Made by a program: the position numbers and the translations under genes. A stretch of 64,000 bases of DNA from Nitrospirota bacterium (GTDB lineage: Bacteria; Nitrospirota; UBA9217): assembly GCA_963737155.1 (NCBI GenBank), contig CAVTRN010000001.1, positions 448,001-512,000 on the forward strand, read 5' to 3'. The notes beneath the pieces were generated by a model. The model saw only the letters and a list, made by a program, of their open reading frames with translations. It did no database searches and was not told where the DNA came from. Each line of letters opens with the position of its first letter. Within the stretch, counting starts at the first letter, position 1. Of this stretch, positions 30,883 through 41,724 are shown piece after piece.

Positions 30883-32889
30883 ATGTTAAAAAGAAGCGGG
30901 GCATTGTTAATTTTACTGGTATCTGTCCTATCAATTATCTTGTTTGGATGTGGAGGAGGAAGTGATAGTTTAACTGGTGCGGGAAGTGCAACGCAGCCTC
31001 AGATTGTGGCCATATCATTAACGCCGACAAGCCCGCAAATAGCGCAAGATACCGACCAGCAGTTCACCGCCGTGGCCCGCTACTCAGATAATACGGCACG
31101 GGATATCACATCGACCGCAACCTGGACAACGTCGGATTCGGTACATGCCCCGATTACAGGAGCCGGACGCGTGCATGGCAAGGGTCCTGGCAGGGCAACA
31201 GTTTCCGTTACAGTAGGAGGTTCTGGGGGAGGGACTACGTTGACGGTAACGTCGGCAACATTGGTGTCCGTGGCGGTCACGCCGATTAATCCGAGCATGG
31301 CAGCAGGGACAACTCAGCAGTTCGTGGCGACGGGAACGTTCTCCGATAACACCACGCAGGACTTGACGACTGAGGTAGTCTGGAATTCATCGACATCGTC
31401 TGTAGCGGGCATCAGTAATACAGCGAGTTCAATGGGACTGGCCAACCTCGAAACCGCAGGCTCGACAGTGATCACAGCGACATCGGGCACACTGTCGGGA
31501 TCTACTGCGCTAGTAGTAACGCCTGCAACGCTTGTTTCACTGGATGTTACGCCGACCAATCCGAGTGTAGCAGCAGGGTCAACTCAACAGTTCGTTGCAA
31601 CAGGAACATTCTCTAACGGCACCACACAAAACCTGACGACGTCAGTAGCCTGGACTTCGTCGGCATCGTCTGTAGCAGGTATCAGTAATACCGCGGGTTC
31701 AAACGGGCTGGTCACGCTGGTAGCCGCAGGCTCGACAACGATCACGGCGACATCGGGCGCAGTGACGGCATCTACTACGCTGACGGTAACGCCGGCAACG
31801 CTCGTTTCCCTGGCAATAACGCCGTCCAATCCAAGCGTCGCGCTGGGGACAAACCAGCAATTTACTGCCACCGGGACGTACTCCGATGGTTCGACGCAAA
31901 ACCTGACAACGACCGGGATATGGGTTTCATCGGCGACATCTGTCGCAGAAATCAGCAACGCCGCGGGTTCAAACGGGCTGGTCACCCCGATAGCCGCAGG
32001 CTCGACAACAATCACAGTGACATCGGGCACAGTGTCAGCATCTACTACGCTGACGGCAACACCGGCAACGCTCGTTTCCCTGGCAGTAACACCGTCCAGT
32101 CCAAGCGTCGCGCTGGGGACAAACAAGCAATTCACTGCAACCGGGACGTATTCCAACGGTACGACGCAAAACCTGACAACGAACGTGACGTGGGGTTCAT
32201 CGACTACAGCTGTCGCAGCCATCAGCAACGCCGCGGGTTCAAACGGACTGGCCACCCCGGTAGCTGCGGGTTCGGCAACGATCACGGCAACGTCAGGAAG
32301 TATATCAGGATCAACCATATTGACGGTATCTCCGGCAACTTTGATTTCAATTGCCATAACGCCTCTTACTTCTTCTCTCCCGACCGGGTCGACGGAGCAG
32401 TTTTCGGCTACCGGCACGTACTCAAACAGCACAACGCAGAACCTGACCACCTTGGCGACCTGGAGTACCTCCAACGCGGGTGTTGCAACGGTCAGCAACG
32501 CAGCGGGCTCGAATGGGCATGCCACTGCTGTTGCCGCCGGATCGGCCGTCATTTCAGCTTCCTACGAAGGCGTTTCAGCAACTGCAACTGCCTCACTGAC
32601 TATTACGTCTGCGGCTCCGTCCTCAGTTAGTGTAACACTGAGCTGGGCCGCCCCAACATCGTATTCAAATGGAACAACGTTGGTTCCCGCTGATTTATCA
32701 TCGTATAAGATATATTATGGATCCGCATCCGGAGTATATACACAGACCGTCAGTGTCCCAAATCCCGGGACCACCACAGTTACCCAGACATTAAACCTCG
32801 CGCCCGGGACCTATTACTTTGTCGTCTCGGATGTGGATACCTCAGGCGTGGAAAGTAATTATTCCAACCAAATGTCATCAACAATTTAA
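30883..32889 (+). CDS. Lipoprotein with about 6 Big_2 repeats and FN3-like domain; paralog of 24084-25823
   Basis: Lipobox LFGC; same repeats; 89 aa longer, about one repeat. Confidence 0.85.
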   Translation: MLKRSGALLILLVSVLSIILFGCGGGSDSLTGAGSATQPQIVAISLTPTSPQIAQDTDQQFTAVARYSDNTARDITSTATWTTSDSVHAPITGAGRVHGKGPGRATVSVTVGGSGGGTTLTVTSATLVSVAVTPINPSMAAGTTQQFVATGTFSDNTTQDLTTEVVWNSSTSSVAGISNTASSMGLANLETAGSTVITATSGTLSGSTALVVTPATLVSLDVTPTNPSVAAGSTQQFVATGTFSNGTTQNLTTSVAWTSSASSVAGISNTAGSNGLVTLVAAGSTTITATSGAVTASTTLTVTPATLVSLAITPSNPSVALGTNQQFTATGTYSDGSTQNLTTTGIWVSSATSVAEISNAAGSNGLVTPIAAGSTTITVTSGTVSASTTLTATPATLVSLAVTPSSPSVALGTNKQFTATGTYSNGTTQNLTTNVTWGSSTTAVAAISNAAGSNGLATPVAAGSATITATSGSISGSTILTVSPATLISIAITPLTSSLPTGSTEQFSATGTYSNSTTQNLTTLATWSTSNAGVATVSNAAGSNGHATAVAAGSAVISASYEGVSATATASLTITSAAPSSVSVTLSWAAPTSYSNGTTLVPADLSSYKIYYGSASGVYTQTVSVPNPGTTTVTQTLNLAPGTYYFVVSDVDTSGVESNYSNQMSSTI

Positions 32890-33319
32890 CTGGAATGCTC
32901 ACTCCCTCCCCCCGCGCGGGGGAGGGAGACGAGTGAATATACGACGGTAGGACAAGCCGCCAAAAATGCCAGTAAACAAACAGTATAAACCGATTTCTGC
33001 CCATTACAGCATGCCCTCCCTTGCCTGAACTTTGCATCGCAGTAGATCCCCTCTTTCATTACAAGCTTGGATCTCATTGCCTTATTCGGAGCGACAAAAT
33101 TGAAGGGAGCTGTCTCTCTGCTGCTGACAGCGTGAAGTTGTGAACTTGTCAAATATTTTCATTCCCCTCAGCCTTGGCGTCTCCTCGCTATTAATCTAAA
33201 TAATCCAGTATAACTCAGCAGAAAAGTATATCAATTCAAAATCTCCGGACAGACACAATTTTTTCGTATCCTGTCTTTCTCTTGTTCTATAATAAGTTTA
33301 TGAGCAGGAGATGAGTCCG

Positions 33320-34048
33320 ATGCCTCACAGAATTCTTATTATTGAAGACGACAGGGAAATCGCCCAGCTCGTCGAACTCCATCTCAAGGACGCAGGATAC
33401 CAGGTAATGCTTGCCTATGACGGCGACACCGGTCTCCATTTTGCGCTCTCGAAATCGTTTGATCTAATCATCCTTGACCTTCTTCTTCCGGGCATAGACG
33501 GACTGGAGATCTGCCGCCGTGTCCGCACGGCGCCTGTTTATACGCCAATCCTGATGCTGACCTCGCGTTCTGACGAAATCGACCGCGTCATCGGTCTTGA
33601 AATCGGCGCAGATGATTACCTGACCAAGCCCTTCAGCATTCGAGAGCTGCTGGCGCGGGTAAAAGTGCTTTTCCGCCGCGAACATATGTTTCACAAGGAG
33701 TCGGATAATACCAAGAAAGCCATCCGTGCGGGCGGCATTCTTATTGATCCGGAAAAGCGTAGCGTTACCGTCATGCAAAAAGCGGTAGTTCTCACGGCTA
33801 AAGAATTTGACCTCCTGCTCCACTTTGCCAGGCACCCCGGCCGGGTCTACACGCGCTCGGAGCTGCTGACATTGGTTTGGGGCTATGGTTACGAGGGTTA
33901 CGAACACACGGTCAATTCGCATATCAACCGGCTGAGGGCTAAAATAGAGGCGGATCCGGCCCATCCCCGCTATATTCTGAGTGTCCGGGGTGTCGGGTAC
34001 AAGTTTTCCGATGACGTGAATCCAGATGAGGAGCAGCGTCATGTTTAA
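33320..34048 (+). CDS. OmpR-family response regulator
   Basis: REC plus winged HTH (LTAKEFDLL, TVNSHINRLRAKIE, VRGVGY); start may be 33311. Confidence 0.93.
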   Translation: MPHRILIIEDDREIAQLVELHLKDAGYQVMLAYDGDTGLHFALSKSFDLIILDLLLPGIDGLEICRRVRTAPVYTPILMLTSRSDEIDRVIGLEIGADDYLTKPFSIRELLARVKVLFRREHMFHKESDNTKKAIRAGGILIDPEKRSVTVMQKAVVLTAKEFDLLLHFARHPGRVYTRSELLTLVWGYGYEGYEHTVNSHINRLRAKIEADPAHPRYILSVRGVGYKFSDDVNPDEEQRHV

Positions 34049-35522
34049 AAACCTCTACGCCAAACTGGCTGCGGTTCTTCTCGGTTTATTCCTGGTCATC
34101 GGTGTTTTGTACATTCTTTTGACGCTCTACACCACGCGGCTGTATTTCCAGGAGGTAAACCAGAAGCTCAATCTTATCTTAGCGCAGCACCTGGTTTCGG
34201 AAAAGATCCTCCTCAAAAACGGCAAGGTTGATGAAAACACGCTTCAGAATATTTTTCATATGCTGATGGTTGTGAACCCCGTCATTGAAGTCTATCTCCT
34301 CGGCCCGGATGGAACGATATTGGCCTACTCTGCGCCTCCGGGTAAAGTAAAGCGGCACTCGGTGTCCTTGGAGCCTGTCAGGCGTCTTCTGAGCGGGACC
34401 CCTGCGCTACCCGTGCGAGGTGATGATCCCCGTGACCTTGGACAGAAAAAAGTGTTCTCCGCGGCTCCTATTCTTTTGGACGGGCGCACCGTTGGATATC
34501 TCTATATCATCCTGGGTGGCGAGCAATTTGAGACAGCAGCCGGTTTGCTTCAGCGCAGTTATATTCTTCGGCTCAGCTCGTGGGCTGGGGCAGGGGGCCT
34601 GGTGTTCACTCTGCTGGCGGCACTTTTGCTGTTCAACCGCATGACACTGCGGCTTCGGCTTCTCACATCATCCATGGAAATGTTCCGCCAGGGCGATTTC
34701 GCAGAGCCTCCCCGCCTTCCGGCCAGGTTCACGGTCCAGCGCGGAGATGAAATCGACAAAATGGGATCCATTTTCATCCAAATGGCAGACCGCATAGCCC
34801 GTCAGATCAAGGACCTGAAGGACGCCGACCTGCATCGGAGAGAGATGGTGGCCAATATCACCCATGATCTGCGAACGCCGCTCACGTCGCTTCAAGGCTA
34901 TCTAGAGACCTTGCTCATGAAAGCAAATGCGCTGACCACGGACGAGCAACGGTACTACCTTACGATAGCCCTCAAGCGTTCCGATCAGCTACGAAGGCTG
35001 GTCACCGGGCTCTTTGAACTTGCAAAACTAGACTCCCCCGATGTCCGAGTTCATTTCGAACCGTTCCATCTCGACGATCTGATCCAGGATATTCTGCAGA
35101 AGTTTCATCTTGCTGCAGAGGAAAAAAAGATTGCCCTCCGCATGAATATCCCGGATGAGGCTCCCCTAGCTTTTGCAGATATCGAGCTTGCCGAGCGGGT
35201 ATTTGAAAATCTTATCGATAACGCGATCAGGCATACCCCAGGGGACGGCACAGTGACGATCTCCGCTGTGCTCGAGGAGGCGCGGATAAAAGTGATAATC
35301 TCAGACACCGGCTCCGGCTTGGCGCCGGATGATCTCGCGCATCTTTTTGACCGGAATTATCGAAGGGAGAGAATTCGCGGCGGCGACCGGGCGGGACTGG
35401 GCCTCATCGTCGTCAGGAGAATTTTGGAGCTTCATAACAGCGACATCTACGTCAGTAGCGGGATCAACGCGGGCGCGACTTTCACCTTCTTTCTTCCAGC
35501 TTATCAGGGAACATCGTCATGA
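34041..35522 (+). CDS. Sensor histidine kinase (TM, HAMP, HisKA, HATPase)
   Basis: THDLRTPL, NLIDNAIRH, DTGSG, GLGL. Confidence 0.93.
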   Translation: MFKNLYAKLAAVLLGLFLVIGVLYILLTLYTTRLYFQEVNQKLNLILAQHLVSEKILLKNGKVDENTLQNIFHMLMVVNPVIEVYLLGPDGTILAYSAPPGKVKRHSVSLEPVRRLLSGTPALPVRGDDPRDLGQKKVFSAAPILLDGRTVGYLYIILGGEQFETAAGLLQRSYILRLSSWAGAGGLVFTLLAALLLFNRMTLRLRLLTSSMEMFRQGDFAEPPRLPARFTVQRGDEIDKMGSIFIQMADRIARQIKDLKDADLHRREMVANITHDLRTPLTSLQGYLETLLMKANALTTDEQRYYLTIALKRSDQLRRLVTGLFELAKLDSPDVRVHFEPFHLDDLIQDILQKFHLAAEEKKIALRMNIPDEAPLAFADIELAERVFENLIDNAIRHTPGDGTVTISAVLEEARIKVIISDTGSGLAPDDLAHLFDRNYRRERIRGGDRAGLGLIVVRRILELHNSDIYVSSGINAGATFTFFLPAYQGTSS

Positions 35523-35745
35523 TCTGCGTCGGATCGCCTGCGACTCAGCCTTAGGTCCCCTTCTCTTTCGGGACGAACATTTTACCTTCCCGTGATAAAT
35601 CCGTGATCTGATTGTAGTATCGTTTGTTCAGTTGGCACAGCATAGAACCAGAGCAAATGTTGAATGCTGGCAAACTTGGCAAAAAGGGTCTCATCGGAAT
35701 AATCGTTGTGGGGTATAATATATAGAAGAAAGAGAGGACTTCGTT

Positions 35746-36837
35746 ATGACAACTAAAATATTACTGGGATCGCTGCTCGTTCTGCCGCTTCTGTTTGCTG
35801 AGGCAAATGCCGGTGGTATGAATCATTTTGAGAAAGCAACCTTTGCCGGAGGTTGTTTCTGGTGCATGACGCCGCCTTTTGAAAAACTGGACGGGGTCAA
35901 GGAAGTCATATCCGGATACACCGGTGGGCATACGGTCAATCCAACCTACGAAGACGTAACATCGGAGACGACAGGGCACCTTGAATCCATCGAAGTCATC
36001 TATGATCCTGCAAAAATCAGCTATGAAAAACTGCTTGACGTTTTCTGGAGGCAAATCAATCCCACCGATGCAGGGGGCCAGTTTGTAGACCGCGGACCAT
36101 CGTACAAGACGGCGATTTTCTATCACAATGAAGAGCAGAAGCAACTCGCTGATGAATCGAAGAAAAAACTTGCAGAGTCGGGGCGTTTTGATAAGCCAAT
36201 TGTCACTGAGATCCGGCCTGCCGGCCCTTTTTACGCTGCCGAAGAATATCACCAGGACTACTGGAAGAAAAATCCCATCCGGTATAAATTCTACCGCTAT
36301 AATTCCGGCCGCGATCAGTATCTAGAAAAAATATGGGGAAAGGATGCTGCGATGCATTCAATATCTGAGAAAAAAACAATCGATCCCAATGGTGCATTCG
36401 TCAAGCCATCCCAGGCCGAACTTGCAAAAATGCTCACTCCCCTGCAATACGATGTTACACAGAAGGGAGGCACTGAGCCGGCATTCCATAATGAATACTG
36501 GGACAATCACAAACCAGGCATTTATGTGGACATCGTTTCCGGAGAGCCGCTGTTCAGTTCACTTGATAAATATGACTCCGGAACGGGATGGCCAAGCTTC
36601 AGCAAGCCCCTCGAACCCGGCAACATCGTGACCAAGGAAGACCGGACCTGGTATCTTGCCGTCCGCACCGAGGTCCTGAGCAAGAAGGCAGGCTCGCACC
36701 TCGGTCATGTATTCGATGACGGCCCCAAACCTACGGGACTGCGCTATTGCATGAATTCGGCGGCGCTCAGGTTCATTCCCGCACAGGACCTGGTAAAGGA
36801 TGGGTATGGGGAATATGCACAACTCTTCGAGAAATGA
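35746..36837 (+). CDS. msrAB: Fused peptide methionine sulfoxide reductase MsrA/MsrB with signal peptide
   Basis: [16 protein letters not shown]; GTE, GWPSF, HLGHVF.DGP, RYCMNS. Confidence 0.93.
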   Translation: MTTKILLGSLLVLPLLFAEANAGGMNHFEKATFAGGCFWCMTPPFEKLDGVKEVISGYTGGHTVNPTYEDVTSETTGHLESIEVIYDPAKISYEKLLDVFWRQINPTDAGGQFVDRGPSYKTAIFYHNEEQKQLADESKKKLAESGRFDKPIVTEIRPAGPFYAAEEYHQDYWKKNPIRYKFYRYNSGRDQYLEKIWGKDAAMHSISEKKTIDPNGAFVKPSQAELAKMLTPLQYDVTQKGGTEPAFHNEYWDNHKPGIYVDIVSGEPLFSSLDKYDSGTGWPSFSKPLEPGNIVTKEDRTWYLAVRTEVLSKKAGSHLGHVFDDGPKPTGLRYCMNSAALRFIPAQDLVKDGYGEYAQLFEK

Positions 36838-36928
36838 TCATTCCCGAAGAATTGATGCCAGCAAGGACATCTGATTGCATTTTCTCTCGGAAAAGAGGAA
36901 AAATATGCCTTGAAATTTTGCACTCTTG

Positions 36929-37290
36929 ATCCTTGGGGGACGTCCGTTGCCAGACGTCCCCCAAGGATCTGTGCGAAAAGAATTACTTCGCACGGCTCCT
37001 ACCTTGGATAACTCAGGTAAAGCTTATGGTTTGGGTTGCCTTAAGCCTTCTGCTTCATGTATTGTATCCTGCAAAAGTCTGAGTTCAGGTTGCAGCCGCC
37101 TCTCCAGGATTTCCCTTGATAAGCAGCTTTTCTCCCGAACCTCGGCCACAGCGTGGGCAACGGATTATTTTGTTCGGCCCTTCCTTGTTACCAGCCGATG
37201 TCAGACTGCTCAACACCGTAAGTAAAGATTGTGGTTACTGGCCTTCCTTCCAAGTGGTATTGAAATATGCTTGTCGAACACTCCTCTCTC
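36929..37290 (-). mobile_element. Degenerate ORF-less group II intron remnant
   Basis: Minus strand shows DII/III-like GCAGTCTGACATCGGC...GAAGGGCCGAAC...GGAGAAAAG...AAGGGAAATCC, DV-like GAGCCGTGCGAAGTAATTCTTTTCGCAC and DVI-like stem with GCAA loop ending in AT; 5' boundary uncertain. Confidence 0.55.
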
Positions 37291-37434
37291 GCTCTCCCTT
37301 TCACGTGACCGAGTATCACAGGAGCACCTCTGAAGGAATGCCAGACCGCAGCGCGTACTCAAGCGTAAATTGAATAAATACGCCCTCCTCTTTATAAACG
37401 CTTACGTGATGAAAGCACTAACGCTACCGTCACG

Positions 37435-37686
37435 CTACGACTCTACCAAGCACAGGTCATTATCGCCAAACTGACAATCATCAGGCAGGATAGTCTGTTC
37501 GCCGTGTCCCTTGATCGTTTTTTTGATTGCCTGAAAATCTCCCTGCTCTGCATGATCGATATTGGGAGTCACCGGTTCGGCCTCGCGGATTTCTTCCATC
37601 TCGTCCCGAAACGCCCTCACTTCGTAGGCCTCGGTCAATGTTTCATAATCTGCTGATTCTACAGTTTTTTTAACAGTCCGTTTCAT
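37435..37686 (-). CDS. Small acidic hypothetical protein
   Basis: 83-aa ORF with RBS GGAGG; no recognised family. Confidence 0.5.
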   Translation of the reverse strand: MKRTVKKTVESADYETLTEAYEVRAFRDEMEEIREAEPVTPNIDHAEQGDFQAIKKTIKGHGEQTILPDDCQFGDNDLCLVES

Positions 37687-38122
37687 TGCCCTTGCCTCCC
37701 TTCCTGTCGCGCGCTTTTTTAGGTCGCTTCAGGTTTAAGTATGGGAGCACCCAATATTTTGGTATAGGCTGTTTTCGTACTGAAATCAATAACCGACTGA
37801 TTATGCAAGGCTTTTCACCTTACCGCTAGAGTTTTGTTTGTTCTTTTCCTCTCTGCCATGTTTTGGTGCATCCCACACTCGTCCACAGTCTTTACTGAAG
37901 GACCTCTTTAAGTATAGCACCGGCATGAGGGGTCCTTTTTTAGACAATTTTTTGACGGGTTGCGACGGATAAAATATCAACTCGACCTTGCAGCACAATC
38001 TTTATCAAACGTTCCGCGTCCTTCTCTCCTGCTGCCAATCCGCCACGATCTCGATATCCTAGGGGTGGAATACTGTTTATATTTATATTGTATAATATAA
38101 TTTTATATGATATAATGTATTT

Positions 38123-38687
38123 ATGAAGCTAAGCGTATGGGCAAAGCAACAAGGTATAACCTATCAAGCGGCATGGAAATGGTGGAAGGCTGGCAAGCTG
38201 CCGGTTGAGGCTGAGCAGATGCCTACCGGAACCATCATTATAAAAGAGCAGAAAACTGCCCAAGGTTCTGTTGCTCTTTATGCCCGGGTATCCAGTCATG
38301 ACCAAAAGAAAGACCTGGACGGACAGCTCGGAAGGTTCCGCATATGCCGCTTCCAAAGGGTTGTCAGTTTCAAAAGCGGTGTCCGAGGTTGGTTCCGGTC
38401 TTAATGGGCACAGGCAAAAACTCATGAAGCTGCTTGCCGACTCCAACGTCAGTATTATTGTCGCCTTGCATCGCGACCGGCTTATGCGGTTTGGGTCTGA
38501 GTATGTAGAATCGGCACTTCGAGCTCAAGGTCGTCAACTTATTATTGTAGACCAGACCGAGCTAAAGGACGATCTGGTGCTGGACATGATTGAAGTATTG
38601 ACATCGTTTTGCGCAAGGCTCTACGGACGCCGGTCAGCGGCCAATAAAGCAAAAAAAGCTCTGGAGGCCATGGAAAATGGCAAGTAA
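38123..38687 (+). pseudogene. tnpA: IS607 TnpA with apparent 2-nt deletion near 38336
   Basis: Close paralog of 2149-2715; frame changes at QLGR|SAYAASKG. Confidence 0.85.
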
Positions 38688-40365
38688 TAAGGATAAAATG
38701 GGCAAGAGCGGCAAAAGTGAAGCACTTTCTTTTACCGCTCAAACTTTGCTGATTGACATGTCTTACCTGGACACAAAGAAGTCTCTTTATCATGTTCTTG
38801 ACGATATCGGCGACTCATACGGGCACATCAAACGCTCTCTCTTTAAAGACAGCGTTCGTTCCGGCAACAAACCCATTTCATTCAAAAATGAGTATCTTGT
38901 CAGGTATGGTATCACCGCCCGGCAGTTTAACGCTATCCACTACGATCTTGACGGCAATATCAGCTCCGCGGTTGAGGTATTGAAACTGCGGGTTGAAAAG
39001 CTCGAGCACAAAATAAAATCTGCGAGAAAATGGATTAAAACCAGAGAGAACAATGTCATTGACATACGCAAAGACACGGAATTGTCCGAATATGAGAAAA
39101 CGACCAGCGTGAAGTCTCTCCGTTTTGCGGTCCATAACAAAAAACGGAAGCTCCATTCATCGGAGCAGAAACTGGAAAAGCTGAAATACGATTTGGACAA
39201 AGGCCGAATCAGGATTTGCTTTGGGACAAAGAAACTTTTCCACAAGCAGTTTAACCTTTCTGAAAACGGTTATAAATCCCACAATAACTGGCTGTCTGCC
39301 TGGAAGGCTGCCCGAAGCTCTTCATCGTTTTGTCTGGGATCGAAGGATGAAACGGCCGGCAACCAGACCTGCACGCTTGGCGTCGACGGGTCGCTCAGGA
39401 TACGGGTCCCAAACTATCTTGTCAAAAAATACGGTAAACACATCATGGTGCCTACCGTAACATATCCTTACGGGCAGGAATATATTGAGCAGGCACTCCT
39501 GCGCGGCCAGGCAATCACCCACCGTTTTGTCCGTGGCGAGAAAGGTTGGTATCTGTATTCATCGGTTGATATCCCCCAAAGAGAAACAGTAACCGGGAAA
39601 CCGCAAGAAATCGGATGTATTGGCGTAGATGCAAACGAAAAAGAGATTGCTGTTTCCGAGACTGACCGGTTCGGCAATCTTGTCTGGTACACAACGTATG
39701 CTGCATGTATAAAAGACAGAACCACGGAACAGACCGAGGCAACTTACGGTGATATCTGCGTCGGCATTATCGACCGGTCAATTAAAACAGGGAAACCCGT
39801 CGCTCATGAAACTCTTGACTTCGAAAAGAAGAAAGCATCTCTTAAGGAACAGGGAGTAACGTATGCGCGGATGCTGTCCGGGTTCGCCTATTCCACCTTT
39901 TTAAACATGCTTGACCGCAGAGCATTTAAGGCAGGCGTCGGTGTGCTCTCCGTGAATCCTGCTTACACATCCGTTATCGGCAGAAACAATTATATGTCTA
40001 TTCATGGCATTTCGCCGCATGAAGCAGCGGCGCTTGCTATCGCGAGAAGAGTTCAAGGATATTCCGAGTCTCCCATACCAAGCAGAACCGCCTCCCCTCT
40101 ACCTGTAAGGAATCGAGAGGAGCACGTCTGGAAGTTTTGGAGCAAGATGAAGACTCGGGGAGGTTGTGGAAATCATCACAGTCTCTACCAACGACGGTCC
40201 TTACAGGACTCCCCAGGCTGCGCTGAATTGCAGAAGAAGCCATCATCCCGTCGACAGCGCAATTCTCCGGGCCACCTGCCAGCAGCAGTCTTGCTGAAAA
40301 GGCGCCAGAAGCAATCCCGATCAGCAAACAACGGGACTTGGGCGAATCAGGGCGGGAATCCCTGA
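38677..40365 (+). CDS. tnpB: Long IS607-associated TnpB-related RuvC protein (562 aa)
   Basis: RuvC-like IGVDAN, AHETLDF, VNPAYTS, HEAAALAIARR; no CxxC zinc finger in the usual place. Confidence 0.82.
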   Translation: MASNKDKMGKSGKSEALSFTAQTLLIDMSYLDTKKSLYHVLDDIGDSYGHIKRSLFKDSVRSGNKPISFKNEYLVRYGITARQFNAIHYDLDGNISSAVEVLKLRVEKLEHKIKSARKWIKTRENNVIDIRKDTELSEYEKTTSVKSLRFAVHNKKRKLHSSEQKLEKLKYDLDKGRIRICFGTKKLFHKQFNLSENGYKSHNNWLSAWKAARSSSSFCLGSKDETAGNQTCTLGVDGSLRIRVPNYLVKKYGKHIMVPTVTYPYGQEYIEQALLRGQAITHRFVRGEKGWYLYSSVDIPQRETVTGKPQEIGCIGVDANEKEIAVSETDRFGNLVWYTTYAACIKDRTTEQTEATYGDICVGIIDRSIKTGKPVAHETLDFEKKKASLKEQGVTYARMLSGFAYSTFLNMLDRRAFKAGVGVLSVNPAYTSVIGRNNYMSIHGISPHEAAALAIARRVQGYSESPIPSRTASPLPVRNREEHVWKFWSKMKTRGGCGNHHSLYQRRSLQDSPGCAELQKKPSSRRQRNSPGHLPAAVLLKRRQKQSRSANNGTWANQGGNP

Positions 40366-40995
40366 CGTTAACCGGCAGCAGCACTGTTCGGCTGCCGTCA
40401 TAGTTATGAGAAATAAAATACTATGTTTTTAGGAACGGCGTTTGCACATGATCAGGTAGGGAGCGTAGCTCGGTTAAGCCGATGAGACGAGTCAACTGCA
40501 TGATCCAGCGATCTGGCCTCCTCCTCGACGAAACTGACATAAAAAATCATAAAATTAAGCATATCATAAAAGCGATCAATTGGCTTACTGGCACTAGACG
40601 CTTAGGGCGAGAATGTTACAGTTGCAACCTCTGGCAGAAAGATAATCAAAAAGGTCCGCATTCCCCCCATCCTGATGCTTCGCGCCCGGCTGGGGAAATG
40701 CGCGGTCCATGATTCATAACCATTCCAGTTCGGGCGGATACTCCATACGGCTTGCACCAATGGGTCAAAGATTATCTTGAAGCGGCGAAGAACATACTTT
40801 ATAATAATTCGACTTATTCGACGCTCGATAATTTTGTAAATCTGGTTTGTCATGCTGCTAAAAGCGCACTGTTAACTCTGGCCCAGACAAACTAGAACCA
40901 ATGCTTTTGTCTTGTTTTTGTCATTCGTGTCAAGCTTCATGTTTTATCATTTTCTTTCCCTGTTGAGAATGTTTAGATTCCTCAATTACTAACGT

Positions 40996-41724
40996 ATGCT
41001 GACACCATCGCCTCTCAATAACGTAAGCATCCTGCTTGTCAATACCCGTACGCCAGCGAATGTCGGTGCGACGGCGCGGTGCATGATGAACATGGGCATG
41101 AACAGGCTAGTGCTCGTGAATCCCCCGCAGGACCAGAACAACGAAGCCGGCAAACTCGCCGCTGGTGCCGATGAAGTTTTGAAGAATGCCGTTGTCGCAG
41201 TTTCCCTTGCCGACGCAATCGCCGATCAGCACCTCGTTATTGGGACGTCTCGTCATCCCGGCAGATTGCGAAAGAATGTCCGCACTCCCCGCGAAGCTGC
41301 GGAAGCAATAGTCCCTCTGCTGGTGAAAAACAGAATCGCCGTTGTCTTCGGTAACGAAGTGAACGGACTGGATTTGCAGGATCTATCGCTCTGTCATGAA
41401 ATCATAGCCATTCCCTCCTCCCCCTCTTTCCCTTCATTGAACATCTCCCACGCTGTCATGGTGGTTGCCTATGAATTTTTCTGCGCTTCCGCTGTCGGCA
41501 GCCGCCCCTCGTCTGCGGAGTTGTCGTCGGCTGGAGAGCTAGAGAACTTTTATCGTCATTTGCAGGAAACCCTCCTGGCGGTCGGCTTCCTCGAACAGGA
41601 CCATCCCGAACGGATCATGTTCTCACTTCGACAGATGTTCGGCAGATCGCGGCTGGAAGCCAGGGATATCAAAATTTTGAGAGGAATACTGAGTTCCATC
41701 GGAAGAATGCGCTCGAATTGCTGA
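40996..41724 (+). CDS. trmJ: SPOUT RNA methyltransferase, TrmJ/LasT family
   Basis: NVGATARCM.NMG, VFGNE..GL, SLNISHAV, ILRGIL. Confidence 0.85.
   Translation: MLTPSPLNNVSILLVNTRTPANVGATARCMMNMGMNRLVLVNPPQDQNNEAGKLAAGADEVLKNAVVAVSLADAIADQHLVIGTSRHPGRLRKNVRTPREAAEAIVPLLVKNRIAVVFGNEVNGLDLQDLSLCHEIIAIPSSPSFPSLNISHAVMVVAYEFFCASAVGSRPSSAELSSAGELENFYRHLQETLLAVGFLEQDHPERIMFSLRQMFGRSRLEARDIKILRGILSSIGRMRSNC

Larger units (their letters stand above)
38070..40438 (+). mobile_element. IS607-family element (frameshifted tnpA plus tnpB)
   Basis: AT-rich left end similar to that of the copy at about 2100; tnpA-tnpB overlap; right end CTATGTTTTTAGGAACGG; boundaries approximate. Confidence 0.75.

Noticed and set aside
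31584-32552. 322-aa antisense ORF and similar ORFs opposite the Big_2 genes
   Set aside because: Shadow of Thr/Ala/Ser-rich codons.
24200-32620. Long repeats as a possible CRISPR array or DGR template/variable pair
   Set aside because: They are in-frame 270-bp protein-domain repeats with no spacers, no evident adenine-specific variation and no cas or RT gene in the window.
35632-35648. TTGGCAC as a sigma54 promoter for msrAB
   Set aside because: No GC at the -12 position.
40500-40900. 83-aa minus ORF with an RxxxR motif (PilZ-like?)
   Set aside because: Other PilZ motifs not seen; insufficient support.
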